64,000 nucleotides of DNA from Octopus sinensis. Taxonomy: Eukaryota. The notes beneath the pieces are model-generated. The model saw only the letters and a program-made list of their open reading frames with translations. It did not search any database and was not told the origin of the DNA. This document shows, one piece after another, positions 36,607 to 50,052 of this stretch. The translations under genes and the position numbers were made by a program. How positions within the stretch are numbered: position 1 is the first letter of the stretch; each line of letters begins with the position of its first letter. The stretch is from the NCBI RefSeq assembly GCF_006345805.1, contig NW_021833065.1, positions 310,001 through 374,000 of the forward strand, read 5' to 3'.

Positions 36607-38798
36607 CGTAGGTGTAAACATATTCTGTTTCACCTTACATTCTTAGATACTATTTACGTGTATGTTTTGAACTAGACGAATTTTAATTGAATATTTTTAT
36701 GCAGTGTTGTGTAATCAGATTTAAAGCAGAATAAAAATGATCTTCAAAGCACTACACACCTTTCTCAATATAATGTTGAATGAAATTAGAATTAATTCGA
36801 CACCTAGAGATAAAAATAATACGATATATTGAATGTTCTGTCTGCTTTTGCTGTAAAAAGATGACTTAATTTCCTTTTGAATCAGTGTCATTTAATATTT
36901 TTTTCTAAATATATTCCAACCCTCTCTTTTTCCTTCTTTTAGAATTATAGCGGTTATATAGCTTAACTCCGGAATCTTCAGTCTAACTGAATGTTTTGAC
37001 ATTGACCTTTACGTTGTCAATTGATAGAAAATAAGAGCCATTGGTATTGGAGGTGGTTGGTTTTGTACGACCTTTGCAAAGGATAGTTTCTTTTTAGTGT
37101 TCTTATTTAAAGTAAATCTTGAAAATATGTTCTTTTCTCACTCTGAATAACACCATGTTAAAATGAAATATGGATTTAATTTAGAAACCGCAATTAATAT
37201 TTAGTTTTAAAATCAATATCTATAAAAGAAAAATAATTATAAAGTATCAATATTTGTGATTGTCAGGTGGGCATAAAAAGTCACTAGAACCTAAAAAAAC
37301 TAGTGGTATCCGCTTATTTAGCTTCTAGTATCTTATAAGCAATACATTACTGGAACTCACTTGAGATAACACATTAAATATTTAAGATCGCTAGTTTCTT
37401 TCTTTGATTTTCTTATCATAGAAATCCTAATCGATTTATGAAAGCATTCGTCTGTACAAAAATTTAATACTAGGTATTTTCATTGAGGACTTGTTACACT
37501 TCTTTTCATGTGCCACTGTAAAAAGTAAATAATATACATACTAAAATTAATTCCTTTAGATAAATTATCAGCATTCAACGTCCGTTTTCTTTGCTGGCAT
37601 GGGTTTAACAGGAGCTGCTTTGGCACGGTTTGACATGGTTGGGTGCTCTTCCCAACGCCAACCACTTTACAGTGTATTGGATACTTTTCACGTAACACCA
37701 ACACCGGCGAGGTCACTATCTTATAAGACAAATATCACTCGGCTAGGACAGGAAGTCGTATTGAGATAGGTGGCTTTGTGCTAGATGACGAGAGGTTAAA
37801 AAGTGTAATAGAGAGATAGAGATAAGTATCGTGCTATAGAGGAGATACATTTTGTGGAAGATGTCAATACAATAAACTCAGTTATTTTCAGTTGGATTTT
37901 CTAAAGTATTTTATGTAATGCCTTGACAAATAGATTGTATCTAATTCTATTGCTGCTGCTTTAATAATTCTCTTGTTATTATATATGTCCCACCCTGGTC
38001 AATAGGTATTTGGAAAAACAATTGAATGATTGGTCATGACCTGCAAACATTATGTTCTACATAATGTTATTCAGAGTGAGAAATTTTGGATTCCAAAACA
38101 GTTCTGCAATATGACAATTGAAAGTAGCAACTACCATCTCACCTTGGGTCAGAGATTCAAAATTTAAGTGAATCTAGAGACTCACTTTGTGTTTTAGCCA
38201 TGATAACCTCAATCTCTGCCCAATTTAATTGTGGAGTTTGGTCTGCTAGCAAAATAAGCATTTTTCTTTACCAGTTATTGTGCAGAAACCTTAAGTTTGA
38301 ATGAATGAGTTGTTAGTTGCTTAAAAATGAATTAGGGCCAGCATTGAAGAATTGTGGAAAGATTTCTTCTCAGCTTTCTGATCTTTGATCTTGAGCAATC
38401 ACATTGGAATTTAGGAGTGAATGTCCTATGGAAAATCTATATGACTACTTGGCAAACTGTAGAAATTGGAAGGTTTTGACTTAAAAATTATTAAGGTGAA
38501 CTAGGCCATTATAAAGGCAGTGGCAGGAATTACAAAAACTTAATACTAGAGGTACACTATAAAATGCACATTCTGATATGCAGTGTGACATGTTGAAATA
38601 GCTTCATTGCTCAAGCTGTTTCTATATATTGTGCTGTTATGTAATCTCAAATCAACTCTAATCAAGCACTCATTTAGTATGCAGCAAATCTCTGAATGAT
38701 GGCATATGACCCACAGGTCCGTCTTCCCAGTCATACACTATCTTTGTCTAATTGAGGATCATACTGCACACTATGACATGCAGTGATGAATTGTAAGG

Positions 38799-39410
38799 TG
38801 TACAGCATGACAGTCTGGACTTATTCCACTATCCTGTCTATCCCTGTGCAGCATGACAGTCTGGACTTATTCCACTATCCTGTCTATCCCTGTGCAGCAT
38901 GACAGTCTGGACTTATTCCACTGTCCCATCTATCCCTGTACAGCATGACAGTCTGGATTTATTCCTCTGTCCCGTCTATCCCTGTACAGCATGACAGTCT
39001 GGACTTATTCCTCTGTCCTGTCTATCCCTGTACAGCATGACAGTCTGGACTTATTCCACTGTACAGCATGACAGTCTGGACTTATTCCTCTGTCCCATCT
39101 ATCCTTGTACAGCATGACAGTCTGGACTTATTTCACTGTCCCGTCTGGACTTATTCCTCTGTCCCGTCTATCCCTGTACAGCATGACAGTCTGGACTTAT
39201 TCCACTGTCCCATCTATCCCTGTACAGCATGACAGTTTTGGATTTATTCCTCTGTCCCGTCTATCCCTGTACAGCATGACAGTCTGGACTTATTCCACTG
39301 TTCCGTCTATCCTTGTACAGCATGACAGTCTGGACTTATTCCTCTGTCCCGTCTATCCCTGTACAGCATGACAGTCTGGATTTATTCCCCTGTCCCGTCT
39401 ATCCCTGTAC
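38799..39410 (+). repeat. 46-bp minisatellite, ~13 units, in CYC1 intron 1
   Basis: Unit tgtacagcatgacagtctggacttattcc(a/t)ctgtccc(a/g)tctatccc. Units start at 38799, 38845, 38891, 38937, 38983, 39029, 39060, 39106, 39175, 39221, 39268, 39314 and 39360. Confidence 0.95.
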
Positions 39411-39617
39411 AATTGTAGATTATTGTAGTAGACACTATAGAGGCAGACAAACTGGAGTACAGCAGTTACTGTTCCTCTGCACTTGGGGGTGGTGAGTGTC
39501 CAAGAACAGTGTTAGGGGCAAGTGAGGCTATTGATTTTGCAACCATTTCTTTGTTTGTGTTCCACATGCTTGTCTGGGGTGAGTAGGGAAAATAATGCTT
39601 TCTAAGATGTACTAGGT

Positions 39618-39913
39618 CAGTGATTCTCAACCAGGGTCCATATAAGATTTTCGGGGCTCCACATAATAAAATAATAAATTGGGGTTCCACAATATTTTCA
39701 GGGCCCCTGAAAGAATTTTGCTTTAGATGTATGTATTGCAAGAAACAGATTTCTCTCTCTCTCTCTCACAGGTTAATGTGTGCAAAACTAAACAGGAGTT
39801 TTGAAAGAAGTTTCTATAAAACTAGTCTTTGAACATTGAATAGCTATGGGGGTCCACCAGATTGAAATAGTAATCAAAGGGGTCCATGGATAAAAAATAG
39901 TTGAGAACCCCTT
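39618..39913. mobile_element. hAT (Charlie-like) MITE
   Basis: TIRs cagtgattctcaacc and agttgagaacccctt. Degenerate 8-bp TSD tactaggt / ctctaggt (Charlie-type NTCTAGAN). Confidence 0.75.
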
Positions 39914-40040
39914 CTCTAGGTGTTTGGAGGTAATTTTTTTACCTGTAGTGACAATAATTGTAGGGGACAGAAGCTTGTTGCAGAAACACACTGCTTCTTA
40001 CATTCCAGGTGGTTAGCTCCATTAGTCTGGTAGTGGTGGC

Positions 40041-42041
40041 TACCAGTAAAACCAACACAACCATCACTGCCACTATCATCAGTTAACAATGATAATAATG
40101 ATACCATCACTTATTAAGTCAACTGTTGGACACTAGTCACCGCCATCAACAACAACAACATAGTCTCAGCCATGGATATGGTGGAGGTTGGTACAGGCAA
40201 AAATCACCACAATTGCAACCAACACCAGTACTGCCATATCTACTGTGACCACAGACACCAGCAGGAGCAGCATTAACAGCAGCTAAATATAGCAGCAGCA
40301 TCAAAAGCCTGAGTCTCACTGGAAGAGAAAAAAAAAAGATTTGAGAGAAGCTAGAAATGTCTTGTTTGTAGAGAAGACAGAAAGGTCACATTAGCTATAA
40401 CCCAGCACCCATGCATGAAAGGACAGAAAAAATGGCATTGTATCAATACATGGCAAGAAAAACCTTCACAGACTCGGGTAGAGAAATGTTTGTTGGGTAT
40501 TTGTAGTGTCACTCATTCCAGGTGGAGGTACAATTTCTCTCAGAAACCCATATGCTACCTTGTGTATAGGTGAAGACTTTTTCATCATACCAACTTATAT
40601 GTACTAGCAAAGGTAAAGTGGTGGGTGGATATGTTGTCAGAAACAAACATTTGGTGGTTAATGTCATGTGTTGTACTGCAAGAAGATATTATGCTGGATA
40701 TGAAAAGATTCTGTCAGGAAAACCAGTCAGGGGTAGGCCTGAAAGTCTGATCTAGATAAAACAAGATAGCCAACCAAATGGACTTTCCGTATAGCACTCA
40801 ATGCATGTTGTGGTGGAAGGTAGAACTGTCAATAAAGCTTGTATTAAACAATGGTTTTTCATTTATCATATTGCTGGATGAATCACCTGACATAACTGAA
40901 GAAGCTCAACTAATTACATTCAATAGATTTGTTTGTAAAAGAGACATGAAACAATTTTTATTTTTGTAAGCCATTTCCAGAAACGAAAATAAAAAAAATG
41001 AAGCTATTTTTCTTTACAGTTATTGCTGATTGTCATGGAAAGTCTGGCTGGTGTTCCTCCTCTATGATAGGAAATTTGTGAGGATTTTATGCCATGACCT
41101 AGCAAAAGAAATCTGTGATTGTTTTTACACATTCCTTCCATCATAGAGAACCCTTTTCAAAATTCATTAGATATACTGGTTCAGATAACGGTTAATTACA
41201 TCAAAAGTAGGTTGTTAAAATGAGTCATTTCCTTCATTCTGTTCCTCTATGGAAGTTACTTGCACAGTTTCTATTGCATATGAGTGTGGGGTTGTTATCT
41301 CAAAGAAGGCTGTTTCAGAGGTTTTATGAACTAAGGTTTCTTTTTTTCGTATTTAAAATGTAGTGCAATAAAGTTGCATTTTTAGCAAACATTTTCCAAA
41401 CATTGAACACAATAAGAAAGGAAAGAATGAAAACATTCTAACTTGTACTATTGTATGTCCAAACATATCTATGTTGATATGTTTTTTATATTGGGCTAAT
41501 TTAGTGTCTTTATTTAGGAGAGAGTGAGACTAATATAAGAATGTTGAGAATTTTCCAAGATATGTGTGTTTAATGTATTTTTCTTTCAGACAAATTTCAT
41601 ACATGACATTAAGCTCAACTTATTTATTTTTCGAACTATTTAATAATAGGTCTTATGATTTTCAATGTAAGTTAGCGGGTATTTTTCATGTTTTATCAAT
41701 CTATCTTATCAGACAGAAAATTGTTTTAAAATTCTCTATTACCATAGAGGTCTACATCCGTGGTTGACTTCATCCGTGCATGCACCTACAGCTTCAGTGT
41801 GTGCCACAGTACCCTCCTACTTCGATTTGCATACAATTCCATGTCAGCAATTTCTTCCCTGAATGTTCAATTCTACAACTTAACATGAAAATTCAACCCA
41901 GGAAGATTTTTTACCAGTAAAACCAACACAACCATCACTGCCACTATCATCAGTTAACAATGATAATAATGATACCATCACTTATTAAGCCAACTGTTGG
42001 ACACTAGTCACCGCCATCAACAACAACAACATAGTCTCAGC
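40041..42041 (+). repeat. 130-bp dispersed direct repeat (40041-40170 and 41912-42041)
   Basis: Identical except one T/C mismatch. Offset 1871 bp. Confidence 0.9.
40480..41460 (+). mobile_element. Decayed hAT (Charlie/Buster-type) transposase
   Basis: IGEDF..PT and F.I.LDESPDITEEAQLITFNRFV..MKQFLF(CKP), resembling the FSLQLDESTDI..AQLLVFVRY motif. Many lesions. Confidence 0.7.
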
Positions 42042-43478
42042 AACAAATTATCTCAAACTACACCTACTATCTTCGAAAAGGAAGAACATATTGGATAATG
42101 TGGTTCTAGTTACATTATTTTTGAAAAATATGGGACTGTCACTGCTGGAAAGCATTTGTTCATAGGCCTGCTAGATCAGGTCTGGTTTGAGTCAAACCAC
42201 ACCAACAAAATGGTAGAAACTATCTTCTTTGCTATATCTGACTATCTTCTGTGCAATCAAAACCTACAACAAATTTGAAGTGGATAACTAGAGCTGATCC
42301 TGTTGTATACAGGTAAAAAAAACAGTTTACTGTTTCTACTGGAAATGTTACTTTGTCAGTAACTGTGAGGCAATTGTTTCTGCACAATATGTGGCATCAA
42401 GCTCTCAGTACTCCCCACTGTTGCTGCTCATTCATGCCTCTAAAAAAATACTAATAAACTTTTGCATGTTTATTGCTCATTTTCAACTTAATGTTATCTT
42501 TGACATTTACAGCAGTGGATTCTCCTAGCTCTTTTTTCTCCACCTCCCAAGCTCACAAGTTTATCTTTGGCTGGTAAAGAACTGCTACATCTTCAACTTC
42601 TTTGCTAATGTTTTGTATTCAGCCACTAGTATGCTAACATTCGAACAAAACATTAAATATAAACAATTTCATTCAGTCGGTTATAATCACTGTCTTTTCT
42701 CCTCAAACCAACAAATAAGCAAGGCTTGCATTTGATAAGCACTCATAACTACATATTAAAAAATATTCTTCACTGTTGTCATTAATGTATGCATGTATTT
42801 TGCAATATTATTATTGTGAAAAAGTGTTGCTGTAAAACTGAAAGCATTTTTAGCACATTTGTTTTTCTTGTGCACTGAAATAACTTGCTAAAAATGCAAA
42901 ATTCCAAAGAAAGTGAGAAAATCGTTTTGATGAGTTATTGATAAAATATTTGGATTTTCTTTCTTCAGTAGTTTCTAAGATTCTTCAGGAAATAAAACTA
43001 ATTTACTAACATCTTGGTTGTTGAATGGGGAAAATGATAGCATTATACAATAAACATCTTACTAGTGCTTCAATTTTTTTGTGAAATACTGTTGTTGTGT
43101 TATGATGTAGTATACAAAGTGTTAAATTCTGTTGTTCTTTGAATAGTGCATTGGTAGAGTTGATGAGATTGTTGATTTCATTGTGACCGCAAGTTGTTTA
43201 TGTGTATTTGAGGATGGTGTGCAAATGTTATCTCATGCTATGTAGAAGTTAATTGTTTTAATGTCATTGGGCTAGGATGACAATGTGTGAGTGTTAATGA
43301 AGTGGTTACATGCTGTAATTAAAAATTTTTTCATTAGTAAACGAAACTGTGGAATAGTTTATATACAGTCTTTTCTAGACAAAAAAAATCTTTGTATTTC
43401 TTAAAATGATGGTTTATGGAAGAAATATCTATTTAAAATCTTTATCTCTATGCATTTTCTACTTTTCTGTTATTATTT

Positions 43479-43995
43479 AAGGTGACAAGCTAGCAGAATC
43501 GTTAACACTCCAGGCAAAATACTTAGTGACATTTCGTCCATCTTTACTTTGTGAGTTCAAATTCCACCGAGGTTGACTTTACCTTTCAGGATCAATTAAA
43601 TAAGTACCAGTTGATCAATGGGATCAATGTACCCCCTCTCCCGAAATTGCTGGCCTCGTACCAAAATTTAAAACCATTATTATTATTATAAAGCAGTGAG
43701 CTGGCAGAATTATTATCATGCCGGATAAAATACTTAATGATATATCTTCCTGCTTTACATTCTAAGTTCAAATGCTGCTGGGGTCAATGTAATCGATTTA
43801 CCCCCTCACTCGAAATTGTTGGCCTCATGCCAAAATTTGAAACTATTTATTATTATTACTTGTGAGAAGAGTTCAAATTCCACCAAGGTCAATTTTGCCT
43901 TTCATCATTTCAGGAACGATGAAATAAGTAGCAGTCGAGCATTGGGGTCAGTGTCATTGATTAGTCCCCTCTCTCAAAATTTCAGACCTTGTACC
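43479..43995 (+). mobile_element. Tandem cluster of ~3 SINE copies (aagg..gagctggcagaa family)
   Basis: Repeated gagttcaaattccacc.aggt..acttt.cctttca...aaattg.tggcctc.t.ccaaaattt.aaac.att(att)n modules. Confidence 0.65.
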
Positions 43996-45148
43996 TTCAC
44001 TGGAAAGGATTACTATGAGTGGAACTTACAATGATGGAATGTGTCTCCCATGTCTTGTTCTGGATTACATTTTATGGATTTAAAAATATTTTGAATGACT
44101 CTTTTGCGTAAATTTGTTGTTTTGAACAAAAGTGAACAGTTTATTTGTTAACTCTCCTACCCTGGTTGAGTGAATAAAGACTCTTGTTATTTGAAATTGT
44201 CAGCAAGAAATACTTTTTCAAACAAAAGCTTTGGCAATTGCACAGCCAACACACAAGCAAAGAAAAATATTGCAAAACAACTCATATTTTGAAATGATTT
44301 TAGTTCTACCAGTTTTTTGTTGTGCAAAGAACAAACTTCAATTTGACATAGAAAAAAATGGGCTCCTCACACATTTTACTTGCCTTCTTTCTGTCCATCT
44401 GTCACTGTTCATATTGAAAATGGTGCATCTAAAAACACCCACCAGTGTATTTTCAGTTGGCCAAGCTTAAAATCACCTAACATCTTCTGAAATTTTGTGT
44501 TTTATGCTAGGGTAAATTACTGATGTGATCTTCACCAATGTCCACAATAATAAGGGAGAAAGGATAAAGATATGAGGGTATACATCATAAACATCTAAGT
44601 ACAGCACAAACAGAAAAATGCCCACAAGATATGGTACAGATATTAATTATTAAGAAGGAAACAACTTCAGACATTTGTTGCTGTCTGCAACAGTAAGATG
44701 AAGGCTAGTGAATCATTACAACCACTTGCACATCCTAAGATTTCATGTTGATTTCACTGTATTTGGGAAAACAGGTGACAAATCCAAGCCACCAACATGA
44801 TACACCACAGAGGCCAAGCCAGAGGAAAGCTATGGTAGAGGAACACAGAAGTCCACTTGTGGTAGCACAAAATGTGAATGTTTCTGGGGTTCCATGTGTT
44901 GGTCTTACCTGAGGATTTTGCTGAAACCTTAGATAACTCTTGGTTCAAAGAGTGCAAAAAAATGTGAAGGAAGACTGCCAGTGCACTACAAATTTGACAT
45001 AACAGACCACTTCAAGGTTTTCTGCCCTATGGCAACAACAACTTTTAGATGAACCCTTCAACTAATGTTCGAATGTGGACATGGTCAAATTGCAGCATTT
45101 CATTCAGGTCGTGCTTAGAGTTTTCATCAGGCTAGCAAATAGGCTTAA

Positions 45149-45366
45149 CCCTTTTGTTACTGTATTTATTTTGAGATGCTCTGTTTCTTTCAATTACTTA
45201 AAATGTAACAAAGAATTTAGTAAAATAACTTAGTTGTCATTCAGCTAGTATTAGGAACATAAATTGTGGCTAAGGTTTGGTGGAAGATTTTAATTCAAAA
45301 CTTATGGAAACAAGACATTTGTACTTAGAGCCAGAGCTGGTTTCAGCCAGGTTGGTAATGAAAGGA
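45149..45366. mobile_element. piggyBac-like MITE
   Basis: TTAA at 45145-45148 and 45367-45370 flanking ccctttt.ttac / gtaatgaaagga termini. Confidence 0.6.
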
Positions 45367-47003
45367 TTAACATAAGTTGTCCACAGCTTTAGGTAGTTGG
45401 TTAAATGCATTACTAATTTGTGGCCTTTACTATCAGCTTAGAAAAGACCAATAGATGGACCTGGACAGGAAGTTGAAACATCTTTCATTGTGCAGATACT
45501 TCAGTGACCAGATTAGAGAACTAATTAAATGGGAAATAACAGGGACTATCAACATGTTGATGATTAAAGAGAAAAATAGAGTAACATTTTAACTTTTAAC
45601 AAAGAGATAGCTTATAGAGAATAGTATAGTACAAAAGAAACACATCTGTCAAAAGATGAACCACAAATGATGTGCTGTGCAGGAATAACCATGTGAAACA
45701 TGAATACATGAAAGTCTCTCTATGTACTTCAGTTGTAAGGATGCATTGCTGAGGACCTGAAGAACAGAGATGTGATAGAGATCTTCAGGCCCACAACTCA
45801 ACTAAATGCAAGATGCTTGCCAAGAGGTTGGTGTGAAGATATACAAACTCTTGAGTGATAGCTTGTGGATCTGTCCTCAACAATCTTCTCATCATTGTTG
45901 GGCCAGTTGAGAATAGGTCTGGCTTCAGTGGAGTATTGGTCAGTTTGACTTAGTTCAGTTCTTTTGACAAAGTTGTGTACCTCTATCTAGTGGCTGAACT
46001 TAGAGCAGTTGGTTTCAATTCTGTTTTCAGAGGCTTGATTACTACAGCACCTGTTCAGTGATCAAACTAAATGGCCACCTTTCAAAACCATTTTGCACCA
46101 CACACACACACCGGTCTGTCAAGCATGTGTTGGTGCTGGTAACCATTGCTGCAAAATATGGAAACTTCAAAGGACATCCCACTTGAACTAAGTCATAGGA
46201 GTGTTATGTCCCCATGCACAGATGATATCACTGCCATGGCAATCAGCTGAATCAATAGTGAAAATTAACCTACCACTTTCATTGGCAGGATGGTGTGGTT
46301 AGTCTTCCTCTGACTACTAACTGTAGTGAAAGAAGTTGTGTAATGACATGTTTAAGAAGTTTGAGGACAGCTGTTTTCCTCTTTGGCTAAGCTCTCATCT
46401 CATCTGCTTCTTCAAGAAGCACTTGAAGGAGAGGGCAGAAGGAGGAGCATTGCCTTTTGTTGTGTTAACAAAAAGTGGATAGAAGTAGCAAGATTGATGA
46501 GTTGAAGAAGCCTATTCTGACTGTGCTTTTATTAATAGGGGATAATAAACAAAAGAAATCCTTTCTGTTTCTTTCTTCCTGTTTGGATACCTTTCGATGC
46601 AACAGAGTAATCTGTGACTTTGTATGGGAACTTACCTATGAAATACCACCCTAGGTGGTCTTCAGCAGGGTTATGTTTTTATTGATTTTGCAGTTTTTTT
46701 TATTCAATATAAATCTCACTTTGTGCTATATTTCATCCTTATACTGCCACCAACACCTTACAAAAAAAAATTATTATTCATGAGAGTAGTGGATTGGATT
46801 GACAGACTTGTAAGAGCATTGAACAAAATAGCTATTTGCTCCAGCCTTTTACATTCTAAGTCCAGCTATCTCCAAGGTCATCTTTACCTTTCATCTTTCT
46901 GAAGTCAATAAAGTACTAATCAAATACAAGTCAGTACAGTCATCTGTTTATCTCTCTCTAAATTTATGGCTTTATCTTATGTAAGAATTTTTTTTTTTTC
47001 CAG

Positions 47004-47045
47004 GCTGGTATCTCTTTTCAAAACCCTGGCACAAGAAAGAAAGTA
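47004..47045 (+). CDS. CYC1: Cytochrome c1 exon 2 (presequence, 42 nt)
   Basis: t(12)ccag|...|gtaagt. Translates AGISFQNPGTRKKV, matching the basic RK patch preceding the hydrophobic sorting signal. Phase 0/0. Confidence 0.8.
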
Positions 47046-47900
47046 GTAAGTAAATTCTTTTCTACATTGCATTATAAAGAAGACATTGATAGAACCTAAA
47101 TGGTCAGCATTTATTGATAATCTTACAATTAATGTTGCCTCTAAAGATTTTTTGAGTCCTCTTAATTAGCAGAACGATTAACAACAAAATATCAATATGA
47201 AATATTTTTCCTGAGCTCAATTTAGTTTACCAAACTAACAAAAACTGGTTCTACTTCATTTTCACTAAACTGTTAACTGTAAGAAGAACCTTCTTTGGTG
47301 CACAATTTCATCAAAATCTGTCCTATTAGTGGAAAGAGTGATATAAAACAGCTCATCACCATCAAAAATATTAGAAGGCCTTATGCATTGAGTTTCAGTG
47401 AGAGAAATCCAAATGGTTTAATTGATATCTCTGTAGTGTCTGAGCAACAGAGAGAATTAAGTCTTGCTGATTTAAAAGGAAATATATAACAAAAAGAAAT
47501 AAAATGTTAGTGGTGGTGGGATGTGATGATTAATATTGTATGCTTAGTAAAAATAGATTCATTACTTTCAATTAAACATTAGAGAATGACGTGCATATAT
47601 CTATCTGTCTATCAACCAATGAAGGAGCTTTTATGTGGTAACTCGATTTGCTTGAAAAAAAAACAGCCAAATTGCTTTCAGAACCTTATATATAGGAGGC
47701 TTTGTATGAAATTACTCATATCACAGTAAGAAGCTTTGCTAGTGTCAAGGGAAAAATTTAAGAAAATTTTCAAGGATCTAATTTTGTGTAGTCCTATATA
47801 CATTGAGCTTGAAAGGGGAATTACTAATGAGTCATGGATTGAATACTTTTGTTGAACATAGGTTTGCAGACCAAGAGTTTTAAATAACAACCTTGATCAT

Positions 47901-48209
47901 TACCAGCATCGCCTTACTGGCATGTGAAACACATTTGAGCGAGGTCGTTGCCAGTGCAGGTGGCACGTAAAAAACACCATTTGAGCATGGCCGTTGTCAG
48001 TACCGCTTGACTGGCCCTCATACTGGTAGCACGTAAAAGCATCCACTACACTCTCAGTGTGGTTGGTGTAAGGAAGGGCATCTAGCTGTAGGAACTCTGC
48101 CAAATCAGATTGGAGCTTGGTACAGCCATCTGGTTCGCCAGTCCTCAGTCATATTGTCCAACCCATGCTAGCATGGAAAGCGGACGTTAAACAATGATGA
48201 TGATGATGA
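47901..48209 (+). mobile_element. RTE 3' tail with VNTR units
   Basis: gtggcacgtaaaaa units, conserved core and (gat)n tail. Confidence 0.8.
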
Positions 48210-48496
48210 ACCAAAGTATAACTAAGAGCTAACTCAACCAGTTACTGGGTTGGAGTACATAAGAAATGAGAAACCCACCTCTTACACAAGACCACATTGG
48301 ATTATACAAAGGAGAGAATAGAAAATTTGATATCAAGCAACAATTATTTAACAAATTTTTGTAAACCTTTTAAATTAAATATTAAAGATATTAGTAATAA
48401 TTTTCTGTGATATTAACTAAGCTCTGTATGAAAAAAAAAACACGCATGCACACACACGCAGATTTATATATAATTTTTTTTCTATCTTTGTTTTAG

Positions 48497-48642
48497 GTTT
48501 ATACACTTGTTGGATTAACTGGTTTGGGAGCTGCCACTTATGCTGTAGCTGTAAATCAGGCTGTGTTTGCATCTGGCGCACTGCATCCTCCAAAGTATGC
48601 CTGGAGACATCAGGGAATATTTGATGCGTTTGACCATGCGAG
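48497..48642 (+). CDS. CYC1: Cytochrome c1 exon 3
   Basis: ttttag|...|gtaagg. Translates VYTLVGLTGLGAATYAVAVNQAVFASGALHPPKYAWRHQGIFDAFDHA: hydrophobic sorting signal plus mature N-terminus (LHPP.Y.W.H.G). Confidence 0.95.
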
Positions 48643-49447
48643 GTAAGGTATTGTTTGCTCACAAATTAGCCATGACCATCACATAATTTTGTATATCTAG
48701 AGCAACACTGTTTAATGTGTCTTTTTTTTTGTTGTTCAAGCCGGTAGGATTAATGTTAGGATGAGCTGGATGCTATTTCTAATAGATTCACCAACTAGAT
48801 AGATGCTCTCCTGTATCTCTTCAAACCAACCCCCAAAAACAAACATTAACCTATCAGCTGGATTATTTATGTCTGTGGTTGGTTGGTATATTTATTCTGG
48901 TACTCAGTTTAACACCAGCATCTGGCCTTTGGCCCCCAGTTTGAGGATAATCCCTAAGTACTGATTTTCTCCTCCATTTACTCCACCAATTTCAGCAGCT
49001 AGCAAAAAGCCATCAGTGTTGCCTTCCCTCCTCAGTTTAAGCCATACAAAATATATATATTTTTCACCCAATTCTGGGTACATTTTCATTGCTTAAAATA
49101 TCTTCATTTAGGTTTTGTAAAATCGGATATTCATATCATTCAATGCACCTTTTCGTTAAGTGATTGATTTACATTAAAAATCCACCTACTGCACAGAAAA
49201 TGTGGTTTTCTGTAAACACTCTCCCTCTTTGCATTATCTTTTTTGCATTGCATAGCTGCATTTACAAGTTGTCAAGTTCCCTTATTTTATCATTTACAAG
49301 ATATCGAGATTTAACATGGTAGGGAATTTACTGTTGTTTTATACACAATGGTTATATTTCCTGTATATATATTTACATACAAATGTAAAACACAACTTAC
49401 TTGGAGATCCTATGCACCTACAGGTGTGTGTGTGTGTATATATATAT

Positions 49448-50052
49448 ATCATCATCATCGTTTAATGTCTGTTTTCCATGCTGGCATGGGTTGGACGGTT
49501 TGACTGAGGTCTGGAGAGCCAGCAACTGCACCAGGCTCCAATCTGATCTGGCAATGTTTCTACAGCTGGATGTCCTTCCTAATGCCAACCACTCTGAGAG
49601 TGTAGTGGGTGCTTTTTACATGTCACCAGCACAGGAGCCAGTCAGGCGGGCCTGGCAACGATCACGTTCAGATGGTGCTTTTTATGTGCCACTGGCTTGG
49701 GAGCCAGTCAGGCAGACCTAGCATCGCCCATATTTGGATGGTGCTTATTACGTGCCACCAGCACAGGAGCCAATCTGGTGGTACTGGCATCGGCCACATT
49801 TGGTTGCTGCTTTTTACATGCCACCGGCACAGGAGCCAGCCAGGGACACTGCCCCCAGCTACGATATTGGTTTTACTTGACTCAACAGGTCTTCTCAAGC
49901 ATATCATATCACCTGATATTCTTAACAGGGTATTCTTAATAGGGCCAGACATGTGTGGCTGCAATCTCACTTTAGTTGCCGGGTCTTCTCAATCACAGCT
50001 TATCTCCAAAGGTCCCAGTCTCCTGTCATTGCCTCTGTGAGGCCAAATGTTC
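49448..50052 (-). mobile_element. RTE 3' UTR with VNTR units
   Basis: Reverse complement of 30800-31378, with a different number of repeat units. Confidence 0.8.

Noticed and set aside
39105-39495. Repetitive ORFs and a CRISPR-like appearance of the 46-bp array
   Set aside because: The units are contiguous with no unique spacers, there are no cas genes, and the context is a eukaryotic intron. The ORFs are by-products of the repeat.
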